Under the pieces are notes generated by a model, which had not been told where the DNA came from, did not search any database, and saw only the letters and a program-made list of their open reading frames with translations. The position numbers and the translations under genes are program-made. Of a DNA stretch of 64,000 bases, positions 8,547 through 17,969 are shown piece by piece. The first letter of the stretch is position 1, and every line of letters begins with the position of its first letter. Source of the DNA: a bacterium (GTDB lineage: Bacteria; Zhuqueibacterota; Zhuqueibacteria; Residuimicrobiales; Krinioviventaceae); NCBI GenBank assembly GCA_963675755.2, contig CAXXMD010000002.1, forward strand, positions 1,472,001 to 1,536,000, in the 5' to 3' direction.

Positions 8547-10322
8547 TTAAACGTTTGAACTGAATTTTACTACAACCAGATCGCCTGGCTGTATTGCGCC
8601 TTGAATTCGACGACCAATGGATCGTTCATACTTTGTTTCCCTGATCAACACATTCCCAACATTCAATGGTTTATCACCACCATTCGTCCTTATTACTGAA
8701 AACCGTTTACCATTCAATTTGTCAGTATTAAAGTCTCCCTGCCATTTGATCAAAATTATATTATCATCAACTTCAACAATCTGTCCCAGATAATAGTTCT
8801 TTTTTGTATCAGTAGTCTCTACAGAACTCTTGGGAGTTGTTTGAGGAACGGATACAATTTTTTTCTGAACAGGTGCAGTTGATGTCTGACTCGCCACTCG
8901 CGGTGTTGATTTAACCGGAGTTGTTTGGGGAACGGATACATTTTTTTTCTGAACAGTTGCAGTTGATGTCTGACTCGTTACTCGCGGTGTTGATTTAACA
9001 GGAGTTGTTCGTTTATTATAAACAGGCTTGGTTTCAACAACCGATGCACTACGCGGTTGCTGCACAATTCTGTTACTTTCAATTGCCTGATGTTGAACCG
9101 GCTTTTGTACCGGAGGTGCAGAATAAACAGAACGCATTTGTTTTTCAGGACGTACAGGTTCAATATCACCACGTCGGTAAGGTCTAACTTTTAATTCGGC
9201 ATCTTTATCCCAATAGTCCTGATTTACAGGTAAATCTTTACGATCAAAAACATCTGGCAGAATAGTCGCTTTAATAATTATAATCAATTCTTTTTGGCTC
9301 ACTTCTTCACGATTATAACCAAAAAGATAAGACAAACCGAAAAACCATCCAGGTAAATCTTTGATAATAGGAATCCCTTTGCGTAATGAATTTTTCTCTG
9401 TATTATATAAACCCGCTATAATAGTTTCTTCACCATCATATAATTGAATATAAGAATCTGCTTCTGACTTTTTCACTATAGTACTAACAGCGTCAGGAGC
9501 TGCCTGACTACGTTCAACATGTACTTTTAAAACAATTGCATGACTATCATCTTTATCTTGAAGAAGGTATGGAGTAACTTCCATAATTGTACCGGTACTG
9601 AAAAACCGATCAATAACATTACCGGCAAAGTCTGTGGTTTTAATTGAAAAGTCTTCACCAACCTGAATTTTTCCTTCGTTACTTTCAGTTACAACTACCT
9701 GAGGTTGTGCCAGAACTTTACCAATATTTTTACTATCAAAAATACTGAATAATGCCCGTACATCAACATTATATGATTCTGATGAAGTAATTTCAAAATT
9801 TAAAAAACTATCAGTGATAGATGAAGATCCCAATTGGTCTCCAGACACTTTAACAGAACCATTATAAAATGTACTCCAGTCAATACCAATTTCAGAGATA
9901 GCAGTTCTGTCACCTTCAAAAAATATAGTCTCAATCTTTATTTCGCGGCTACCAAGTTTTACATTAATATCACTATCACCATTACCTTTTGTTGCAGAAG
10001 GCACAACAATTTGCAGAAAATGGTCCATCTCATCGTACCATAAACCGCGTGAACTCAGAATGATCTGCAATGCTTTTTCCCATTGCATCCCATTGATATC
10101 CACGCCAATTGGTCCCTGCTGTTTTGTGGGATCAAATATCGGTTTGTTTGTAAAAGTGATCGAGTATTCGCTCAGGATACTCATTGCGTCCTGAAACTCC
10201 AACTGACCGTTGATAGAACACATTTCCGCAGGCGGTACAAGTTCACGGGGCAAACGTTCTTTGGTTAAACCGGGCAGGGTTAAAAACGCAATGATTAAAC
10301 AAATATTTCTAATTCTTTTCAT
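8547..10322 (-). CDS. pilQ: Type IV pilus/T2SS secretin (PilQ-like) with C-terminal extension
   Basis: Signal peptide, short N domain (GVDINGMQWEKALQIIL), secretin core (GKVLAQPQVV..GKIQVGE; DGEETIIAGLY..GIPIIKDLP..YLFG..ELIIIIKATI). Confidence 0.85.
   Translation of the reverse strand: MKRIRNICLIIAFLTLPGLTKERLPRELVPPAEMCSINGQLEFQDAMSILSEYSITFTNKPIFDPTKQQGPIGVDINGMQWEKALQIILSSRGLWYDEMDHFLQIVVPSATKGNGDSDINVKLGSREIKIETIFFEGDRTAISEIGIDWSTFYNGSVKVSGDQLGSSSITDSFLNFEITSSESYNVDVRALFSIFDSKNIGKVLAQPQVVVTESNEGKIQVGEDFSIKTTDFAGNVIDRFFSTGTIMEVTPYLLQDKDDSHAIVLKVHVERSQAAPDAVSTIVKKSEADSYIQLYDGEETIIAGLYNTEKNSLRKGIPIIKDLPGWFFGLSYLFGYNREEVSQKELIIIIKATILPDVFDRKDLPVNQDYWDKDAELKVRPYRRGDIEPVRPEKQMRSVYSAPPVQKPVQHQAIESNRIVQQPRSASVVETKPVYNKRTTPVKSTPRVTSQTSTATVQKKNVSVPQTTPVKSTPRVASQTSTAPVQKKIVSVPQTTPKSSVETTDTKKNYYLGQIVEVDDNIILIKWQGDFNTDKLNGKRFSVIRTNGGDKPLNVGNVLIRETKYERSIGRRIQGAIQPGDLVVVKFSSNV
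8833..9009. repeat. 84-bp tandem repeat (2 copies plus a partial third) in the secretin linker
   Basis: ggagttgtt recurs at 8833, 8917 and 9001; encodes TTPVKSTPRV(T/A)SQTSTA(T/P)VQKK(N/I)VSVPQ twice. Confidence 0.95.
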
Positions 10323-10332
10323 GGTGTACCAC

Positions 10333-11346
10333 TTACTTTTTGGTTAATGATAATTCAAGGGAATTGTAACCACCCGCCGTATTCATATAGAATCCAACTC
10401 TGCCAGATTGTACATTAATATTCCCGACAGTACCACCCAAAACCCGATCCCCTTTTCTCAACTTTTTAATACGTCCGTATTGATCCCTGATCAACACACT
10501 ACTAGGGGTTATTGCTAAAACTTCTGTAGCCGGTGAAACTTCCGGCAATCCTAACGGATTTGATACAGATGTTATATTACTGTTGCCTTGTCCTCTTGCT
10601 GCTTGAGATTTAGAATTTTCTAAAGTAACCAGTTCTTGAGAATAATCTGTTGATCTAACATTAACAGTCGACTGTTCTGCTTTTAACACATTGTCAATTG
10701 CTTCAGAAACTGAATTATCTACAAGACTTGCCAGCATTTCCGGTTTACCAACATTCCGTCTCAGGCTATCCATCTCAAGACCTTTTTCTTTCTTAAAGCC
10801 CCAAACGTTCAACGCAAATGTCATTTCACCGCGGTCAGCTGACCAGTCTTCCTGGTTCTTTTGTTCTATGGGTATTCTATCCATACTTACCGATTGAATA
10901 TTATAGAAAATGGGTCCGTTTTCCAGGAACCATACCAATCGATAAAAATCTTCAAATTCGGACTCTCCCGTTAACAAATATGTATTTCGTTCAAAATCTT
11001 TAAACTTTTCTTTTACAACCAACTCCTGGTTCAATACAAGGTTTGAACTGGTATGGTCAATTTCCCGCAACATGTAATCAAAAGTTTCACCAGGAGATTC
11101 ATTTCCGGCCAAAGCGCCCAGTTTACCCAGACTAAGATCACGCAAGTAATCATATTCCTGTGTAAGTTCATGGCGAGTGATCTGCATCATTTTCAAGTCA
11201 TTCACACGATTTGTTTTTTGTTTAATCTCACCTTCAAGACTTGTATGTTTTTTGGCCTGATAACCATAAACATAATACAAGCCGCCAATGAGAATAATCA
11301 GCCAGAAAACAGCTATAAATATCGTATTTCGGATTACATATGGCAT
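10333..11346 (-). CDS. PilO-like protein with probable C-terminal PilP/GspC-HR-like domain
   Basis: N-terminal TM, coiled coil, PilO-like EFEDFYRLVWFLEN..IQSVSM; C-terminal SSVLIRDQYGRIKKLRKGDRVLGGTVGNIN; lies between the pilM-like gene and the secretin. Confidence 0.6.
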   Translation of the reverse strand: MPYVIRNTIFIAVFWLIILIGGLYYVYGYQAKKHTSLEGEIKQKTNRVNDLKMMQITRHELTQEYDYLRDLSLGKLGALAGNESPGETFDYMLREIDHTSSNLVLNQELVVKEKFKDFERNTYLLTGESEFEDFYRLVWFLENGPIFYNIQSVSMDRIPIEQKNQEDWSADRGEMTFALNVWGFKKEKGLEMDSLRRNVGKPEMLASLVDNSVSEAIDNVLKAEQSTVNVRSTDYSQELVTLENSKSQAARGQGNSNITSVSNPLGLPEVSPATEVLAITPSSVLIRDQYGRIKKLRKGDRVLGGTVGNINVQSGRVGFYMNTAGGYNSLELSLTKK

Positions 11347-11347
11347 A

Positions 11348-12940
11348 TCAATAACTATCTTTTTTTAGTTCAACTGTCTCTTCCAAAGATTTAGGTTGCA
11401 CAAAACAATCAATGGTTACATTAATAAAAGATCGATCTTCTTCAGCTGTATAAATTGCAGAAACCAAACTAAAATCTATATATCGCTCAAGTTTAACAAC
11501 CTGATCTCTGTTTTCCATTTTCAAATCTGCAACAAGATGAGAACGGTCTCTAACTTCCATCTTGTATAGACTAAAGGGACCAATTTCATTATAAGCCTGA
11601 GATAACGATTCAAGTGTAGATGCCCAACGAATCGTCTCTTTGGTCATTGAATCTATCAATGCAGTATTGTTTTTCATTGCTGTAATTTCTGCACGCAAGC
11701 TGTCTACTTCGTGCGCAACAGATTTTAATCCATTTAACTCATTATTGAGAAAAACAATATTAGACTTTGCCTTGTTAATTTCAATACTATTGCTGATACT
11801 CTTGCTGGTTACAAAAAAAGCACTTATAAACAGAAATACCAGCAGCAACAATCCCGGCCAACCAATTTTATAGACTGAGGTTTTATCACGAATTCTTGTC
11901 GGTAAAAAATTCTGATTATATACAGTAGAGTCACGTTCATCCAGAATCTTGAGAGCCATTGCAATAGCTATACCATAAGATTCAGCCTGACTTGCAAACT
12001 GGTCCTGGTTCATGCCATAACTGGCACGTGATGCATCAAAGCGAATAATTTCCAGTTCTGGTAAACGGTTTTTAAAATAAGCTTCCGCATCCAGTCTTGA
12101 TATTTCACCAGTAAGAACAATATTATTTAATGAAGTAATATTACCTGAATCCAGCTCGAACAGTATCTTTGAAAAAGCCGTATCGCATACAGTTTCAGAA
12201 TCTGCACCTTCATGAATTGTGGGTAAAACAGTTTCAATTTCTTCACCCTTCATGAAAAAGATTTTTGTAAATCCTTCAGCAAATACAATAACTGCGGTAT
12301 GGTCTTCATTTTCAAAATCATAATTTTTGATCAGTTCATGTGCCAGGGTAAATTCTATAGTATCTACCAAAGACAAACGAACCGGGTCTGTACGCAAAAT
12401 GGAAGTAGCTTCATCAAACAGTGCTGCAAGCACCAGGGGATCATCATGAACTACAGACAGATAAGAACCGTCTTGACGCTTTAAATACCCTACATTTTCA
12501 TATTTTGCTTCGTTAACTGTACTTTCATAAAAATCAGACCAGATTACTTTTTTAATCTTTTTGCGATTGCTTTCCTGTATATCACTGATATTTTTATATA
12601 ATGTAAATGAATTAGAAAGATTAAAACCAATACGTGTTCCTTTTGGAATTAAATGGTTAATAATGTCTATAGTAGTATCAATATTGGTTTTACCATCATG
12701 TTTAATTCCACTATCTTCAAAATCTGCCGGTTTATCTTCCAGATCAATACCAAAGCCCTGGTCATCAAGAGCAAGTTTTTTATCCTCTTTTGGGCTTTCC
12801 ATAGCATCACGTTCTTCAAGTTGTTCACTCAGATGGTATGTTTCAAGCGCTTCAATCTCTACCTCTTTACCGTTATTAACCAGTAACGCGGCTTTTAATT
12901 GATAGTCATCAATGAATATTCCTAATGCTCTTTTTTTCAT
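11348..12940 (-). CDS. PilM-PilN fusion (GspL-like architecture)
   Basis: N-terminal ALGIFIDDYQLKAA and IVLTGE of a divergent actin-like PilM; then QNFLP (PilN INLLP-like), a TM helix, coiled coil and RWASTLESLS. Confidence 0.7.
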   Translation of the reverse strand: MKKRALGIFIDDYQLKAALLVNNGKEVEIEALETYHLSEQLEERDAMESPKEDKKLALDDQGFGIDLEDKPADFEDSGIKHDGKTNIDTTIDIINHLIPKGTRIGFNLSNSFTLYKNISDIQESNRKKIKKVIWSDFYESTVNEAKYENVGYLKRQDGSYLSVVHDDPLVLAALFDEATSILRTDPVRLSLVDTIEFTLAHELIKNYDFENEDHTAVIVFAEGFTKIFFMKGEEIETVLPTIHEGADSETVCDTAFSKILFELDSGNITSLNNIVLTGEISRLDAEAYFKNRLPELEIIRFDASRASYGMNQDQFASQAESYGIAIAMALKILDERDSTVYNQNFLPTRIRDKTSVYKIGWPGLLLLVFLFISAFFVTSKSISNSIEINKAKSNIVFLNNELNGLKSVAHEVDSLRAEITAMKNNTALIDSMTKETIRWASTLESLSQAYNEIGPFSLYKMEVRDRSHLVADLKMENRDQVVKLERYIDFSLVSAIYTAEEDRSFINVTIDCFVQPKSLEETVELKKDSY

Positions 12941-12944
12941 AATA

Positions 12945-14150
12945 TTAACTTAATAATTCCTGTACACGTTTTTTATTGTTGGCAAAATTGATTGCATTTT
13001 GTTCTGCAATTTTACCTTGTCTTACCAGACGGACCAGATCCTGCTCCAATGTGTTCATTCCCAGCTTGCCGCCTTCTGCAATCATTTGATAAATTTCTGT
13101 AACATTTTTATTACGAATAGCGGCTCGTACAGAACTGGTTACCAATAATACCTCTTTGGCCAGAACCAGTTTTTGGTCAATACCGGGAATCAGTTTTTGA
13201 GAAATAACAACCTTTAACTGATCTGCCAAACGTACCCGAACACGTTCCTGCTCATAAGTAGGACATTCAGCAACAATACGGTCTATGGTTTCTACTGCCG
13301 AACCCGTATGCAAGGTTGAGAATACTTTATGACCCGTATCTGAAATTTCAAGACAGGTTATAATCGTTTCAGGATCACGCATTTCGCCTACTACAATAAT
13401 ATCAGGATCTTGTCGTAATGCCTGAACCGCACCGTCCTTGAACGACAATACATCTCGCCCTACCTCTCGGTGACGGATGATACATTTTTTAGATTGATGA
13501 ATATATTCAATAGGATCTCCAACAATAACGATATGAGCGTTAACAGTCATATTGTTGGCATCTACAATACTGTCCATTGTTGTACTTTTACCTGAACCGG
13601 TAATACCCGTTAACAAGATAATACCCTGTTTTTCATGAGCAAGGGATAAGGCTTTGGAAATGTTGGGATGAAATCCAAGATTCTTGTATGGGTAAACGTT
13701 GGTATTAATAGCACGCATATTCAATGCAAGGTGTCCCAAATCAACATACATACTGGCACGCCAGCGCATCATGCTTTGTTGATCAGAAACAGCATAAGAA
13801 AAATCTAATACTCTGTCATTTATCAATGCTTCACGTTGTTTGGTAGAAAGCAAACTCTGACACATGATATCGGTTTGATCTGTTGACCAATGCCCAAGTT
13901 CCTGACGGGGAACTTTACGACCCTGTAATCTGAACCAGATATAATTCTGAGCAGTCACCCCACCCATTTCAATATCTGATGCATTCAGTTTACGCATGAC
14001 CAGTAAAAACTCTTTATATTTATTCTGAAGAAAATAGGTTTCCTGAGGAGACAATTTATCCATTGCTTCACTAAGATAACGCTGACGGTCTATACCCTCG
14101 GCGTGTGGAGGCAGTTGTTTTTTTACTTTGTTAAAAATTTCTGGTAACAT
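12945..14150 (-). CDS. pilT: Type IV pilus retraction ATPase PilT/PilU family
   Basis: GITGSGKST, DPIEY, ALRQDPDIIVVGEMRD, TGHKVFSTLH, VRAAIRN, GMNTLEQDL. Confidence 0.92.
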   Translation of the reverse strand: MLPEIFNKVKKQLPPHAEGIDRQRYLSEAMDKLSPQETYFLQNKYKEFLLVMRKLNASDIEMGGVTAQNYIWFRLQGRKVPRQELGHWSTDQTDIMCQSLLSTKQREALINDRVLDFSYAVSDQQSMMRWRASMYVDLGHLALNMRAINTNVYPYKNLGFHPNISKALSLAHEKQGIILLTGITGSGKSTTMDSIVDANNMTVNAHIVIVGDPIEYIHQSKKCIIRHREVGRDVLSFKDGAVQALRQDPDIIVVGEMRDPETIITCLEISDTGHKVFSTLHTGSAVETIDRIVAECPTYEQERVRVRLADQLKVVISQKLIPGIDQKLVLAKEVLLVTSSVRAAIRNKNVTEIYQMIAEGGKLGMNTLEQDLVRLVRQGKIAEQNAINFANNKKRVQELLS

Positions 14151-14156
14151 GATAAA

Positions 14157-15116
14157 TTAAACCTTTTCAACCATACAATTTTCGTCAAGATACTTTTTCT
14201 GATATTCGATAATTTTATAAGGATCTATCAAATCGTGTTCACCATCACGATAATGCTCTTCAATTTTTTCAACAATAGCACGAATACGTCCCACACTGTT
14301 TTGGATGCTGTCTACGCGTTCAATATAAGAACTGCCTTCATCTCGCATCATCAACTCTGCGTTAACTGCCAGAATAGCAAGTGGATTATTTAATTCATGC
14401 TGCAGGGTACGCAGAATTTTATCGATAAAGATTCGTTTTTCAAGTTTTAACTTTTTGGAATAGGTGGTAACCATTTCATTATTTTTACGAATATACTCTG
14501 CGTTTAATTTCATCAATTCAACATTCTGCATAATCAAAGTGTTGGAAAGGAATGAAGAAATAAAATAAACCAAAAACAAAAGACAGGTATAAGATAAAAT
14601 GGATTGGATGTTCATACGTAAAAACATTAGAAAAGCCGGTAAAAGCTCAAAACTGGGCATTACTCTATTGTATTGTGTCAGGAACAAAACAGTGATCAAA
14701 CCAATCAGGCTGATATTGCTTGCCCAAAAACCAACACTTTTTCCCATAGTAATGCTGGAGGTTAATACAGGTATAAGATACAGCCAGATCAATGGACTTT
14801 CTGTACCTCCGGTCATATAAATAACCATTGAAAAAATGCAGACATCAAGCAGGTTGTGCAACAAGATGAAAAACCGATTATTTTTTAAAGAATCCAACCA
14901 AAAACTGTAAGCCATGTTTAAGACCATTATACCTATCAAAGTATAAACAAAAGTATACTTGGGTAGGGTCATTTGTTTCAGGGCCAGTTGTATAATACCA
15001 ATTGACAAAAAGCTAATGGTAGAAAACCAACGTACATAATTCCACCACTTTAAGGTATTATGAATACTTTGATTTTCATCAAACAGATTGGGATTATTCT
15101 TAATGGATTTTTTCAC
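14157..15116 (-). CDS. PilS-like membrane sensor with HisKA (DHp) domain but no HATPase domain
   Basis: About 6 TM helices with D...IYMTGGTESPLIWLY (PilS-type); H-box LQHELNNPL; protein ends about 80 aa after the H-box His with no N/G1/G2 boxes. Confidence 0.75.
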   Translation of the reverse strand: MKKSIKNNPNLFDENQSIHNTLKWWNYVRWFSTISFLSIGIIQLALKQMTLPKYTFVYTLIGIMVLNMAYSFWLDSLKNNRFFILLHNLLDVCIFSMVIYMTGGTESPLIWLYLIPVLTSSITMGKSVGFWASNISLIGLITVLFLTQYNRVMPSFELLPAFLMFLRMNIQSILSYTCLLFLVYFISSFLSNTLIMQNVELMKLNAEYIRKNNEMVTTYSKKLKLEKRIFIDKILRTLQHELNNPLAILAVNAELMMRDEGSSYIERVDSIQNSVGRIRAIVEKIEEHYRDGEHDLIDPYKIIEYQKKYLDENCMVEKV

Positions 15117-15144
15117 CGTGTTACCCTTTAAATAGTTAAACCAA

Positions 15145-16161
15145 CTAGTACATTACCCCGTCGACAGGTGTTTTAAGCTGTCTAACTTCTTCATTCATCC
15201 TGGCCACTCTTTCACAAGTGAGCATAAACTTTTTCGACATACATAAAATCACGTTCGCAGCGTAACGCATAGCCAGATTCTTGTTATTCTGAAAATATTT
15301 TGCAAGATCAGATTTATTTATTACAATCAAATCAAAACTTTCTTCAGATTTTAAAAGCAGCATAAAATTTGTTTTTCCTGATATAAATACAGAAGATTCT
15401 CCAATACTTTCTCCTGCTTTAAAATATCCAATCAAACTATTTCTATACCAGCACGAAAGACTTCCACTTTTTACAATGACCATCTCTTTGGTCGCATCCA
15501 GGATATAATTTTCCCTAACCTGAACCGTTTTTCCCGTTCCCAGATCCAAAATACCTCTCACATGCTGGTCCGGCATATTGGACAAAACAAAGGGTGTAAA
15601 CGCAACAATTTGCTGTTCCTGCACAACAGGTCTGGGAGCAGATTCCGGTCTGGCATGACCATTGGCACCATTTGTACCATTGCTTCCGTTCGTTCCATTT
15701 GTGCCGTTTGTGCCATTATGTGGAACCGGCCTGCTTTGCACGCTTGATCCATTTTGTGGCTTGTTTTCATTTTCCGGTTGTATATTAACAACAGTTGATT
15801 CCTTGTTAAAAAACTTGTTAATGTTGGTAACAAGATTTTTGGCTAAACCGGGTTTAGTAACAAATTCATTAGCGCCGGCTTTTATTGCCTTTTGAGAGAA
15901 ATTCTGACCACTGAACCCGGTAAATGCAATGATATGCGTTTGGGGCGATCGGGTCCGTAATTTCGATATAATCTCAAGACCATTCATCTGACCCGGCAGA
16001 ACCAGGTCAACCAGGGCCAAATCAAAGCTATTTGCGCCAGCTTTCATCACTGCTTCGTCACCATCGGCGGCTGTAACCACTTCATAGCCCTCTAATCTCA
16101 ACAATTCAGCCGAAGTTTCCCGCAAATCCCGTTCATCATCAACTATTAATATCTTATGCAT
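15145..16161 (-). CDS. Response regulator: REC domain, NG-rich linker, degenerate cNMP-binding-like domain
   Basis: ILIVDDE...ALVDLVLPG..NG...FTG...FVTKP; C-terminal MVIVKSGSLSC..IGYFKAGESIGESS resembles a cNMP barrel; no HTH seen. Confidence 0.8.
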   Translation of the reverse strand: MHKILIVDDERDLRETSAELLRLEGYEVVTAADGDEAVMKAGANSFDLALVDLVLPGQMNGLEIISKLRTRSPQTHIIAFTGFSGQNFSQKAIKAGANEFVTKPGLAKNLVTNINKFFNKESTVVNIQPENENKPQNGSSVQSRPVPHNGTNGTNGTNGSNGTNGANGHARPESAPRPVVQEQQIVAFTPFVLSNMPDQHVRGILDLGTGKTVQVRENYILDATKEMVIVKSGSLSCWYRNSLIGYFKAGESIGESSVFISGKTNFMLLLKSEESFDLIVINKSDLAKYFQNNKNLAMRYAANVILCMSKKFMLTCERVARMNEEVRQLKTPVDGVMY

Positions 16162-16179
16162 TCATAACCTCGTTTCACA

Positions 16180-17967
16180 TTATTCCATAGTTGCCGCAAC
16201 AACTTCATCCATACAAGCCCTACCCTGCAACACGCGTGTCCGTGCAGCCGCCCTCAGTGAAACCATACCATATTTTATTGCACTAGCTCGAATTTTGTCA
16301 TCATCCAGATCACCGGATGCTTCCAAAATTATTCTTCGTATATCAGGAGTAAAAGGTAATACTTCATGAATAGCAACACGACCGGAATACCCCTTACGAC
16401 AACTATCACATCCCACCGGTTCATAAATGGTTGCATTTTGTAACTCTTCATCCTTAAACCCGATTGAATTGGCAAATGCCATATCTATATTTTCAACGGG
16501 TTTCTTGCATTTATCACATAAAGTACGCATCAAACGCTGTGCCACAACTAAATTGATAGCATAGGCAATTAAAAAAGGTTCTATACCCATTTTATATAAA
16601 CGAGAAATAACGCTAACTGCGTCATTGGTATGCAAAGTAGAAAATGTAAGGTGACCGGTGTTGGCAAGTTTAATACCAATCTCGGCTGTTTTTTGGTCAC
16701 GAATTTCACCCACCATAACAATGTCAGGGTCGTGACGAAGAATAGCACGTATAGCTTTATCAAAATCCATCTTGTGGCTGATCTTTAACTGCCGTGCTCC
16801 TTTAATATTATATTCCACAGGATCTTCAACAGTCAACACATTCACTTCAGGTGTCATTACCTGATGCAATGCCGCAACAAGTGTGGTACTTTTACCACTA
16901 CCTGTTGGACCTGTTAAAATAACCATACCCTGGGGTTTCTTGATAGCTTTAATAAACTCGGACCTGGCAAAGCCATCAAAACCCAGTTTACCCAGATCGG
17001 TTATAACTTTACGGTCATCGAGCACACGAATAACCACACTTTCATACTTGCGGGTAAACGCGCTTGAAACAATGGGTACAATAGAAACACGAAAACGCAG
17101 CAGGTAATGGTCAATCTCTCTTTGGATAAAACCATCCTGCGCAGTGTCCCATTCAAACCGGTCAACATTACGGGTTCTATCTTTAACCACTGCAAGAAAC
17201 GCTTCCGGTTTTACTCCGTCCTGTCGATGCCACAATTGCAGCTTGCCGTCAATACGGAAATGTATTTCTGTAATATTTCCTTCTTTGGGGATAATATGAA
17301 CATCACTGGCGCCTTTATGAACCGCTTCGATCAAACAACCTTCAAACAAGTTTACCAACAAACTTTTGTTGATTGCTGCTGTCAACTCGTCTTCGTCAAG
17401 CCCTTTATCATCCTCTTCCTCGTCCATCGAAATTGACATCTCTTCAGTAACCTCTTTGAGGTTTTCAAGAAATTGGTTTTCATTGGGCATGGCTTTTTTG
17501 AGGATTTCTTCAACCTCTTCCAACTTGCCATAAGCAAGTTCAAAGCGTTTAAACCCGGCTTGTCTTAGCAACTGATCAATTGTTCGGTCGGTAGGATCAG
17601 GAGTAATGAATATGGTTACTTCATTATTTTTTTCACTGTATCCAAAGGGTAAGATCTTGCGGTTAACAAATGCATCCTGAACATTCTGGGGCAGGTTTTC
17701 ATACATGCTACGAATAAATTTCAACCAGCCTTCCGAGACAGATGCAGCATCTATTTTAATTTCACGAAAAGCATAAACCCGACAAAACGCCTGGTAAACT
17801 TTGTGACGATCATATCCTAATTCATTGATTAAAACATTTTCAAGACTCTGCTTTTTATCAGAATTCTTTACTATATCGTTGACTTTGGCAAGGTCTTCCT
17901 GATTACAGAGACCTTCTCTGATCAACATTTCAACAACTGTATTTGGAATTTGTGTATTTGCTATCAT
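16180..17967 (-). CDS. pilB: Type IV pilus assembly ATPase PilB/GspE
   Basis: GASDVHI, GPTGSGKST, EDPVEY, LRHDPDIVMVGEIRD, CDKC...CDSC zinc motif. Confidence 0.95.
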   Translation of the reverse strand: MIANTQIPNTVVEMLIREGLCNQEDLAKVNDIVKNSDKKQSLENVLINELGYDRHKVYQAFCRVYAFREIKIDAASVSEGWLKFIRSMYENLPQNVQDAFVNRKILPFGYSEKNNEVTIFITPDPTDRTIDQLLRQAGFKRFELAYGKLEEVEEILKKAMPNENQFLENLKEVTEEMSISMDEEEDDKGLDEDELTAAINKSLLVNLFEGCLIEAVHKGASDVHIIPKEGNITEIHFRIDGKLQLWHRQDGVKPEAFLAVVKDRTRNVDRFEWDTAQDGFIQREIDHYLLRFRVSIVPIVSSAFTRKYESVVIRVLDDRKVITDLGKLGFDGFARSEFIKAIKKPQGMVILTGPTGSGKSTTLVAALHQVMTPEVNVLTVEDPVEYNIKGARQLKISHKMDFDKAIRAILRHDPDIVMVGEIRDQKTAEIGIKLANTGHLTFSTLHTNDAVSVISRLYKMGIEPFLIAYAINLVVAQRLMRTLCDKCKKPVENIDMAFANSIGFKDEELQNATIYEPVGCDSCRKGYSGRVAIHEVLPFTPDIRRIILEASGDLDDDKIRASAIKYGMVSLRAAARTRVLQGRACMDEVVAATME

Positions 17968-17969
17968 TT

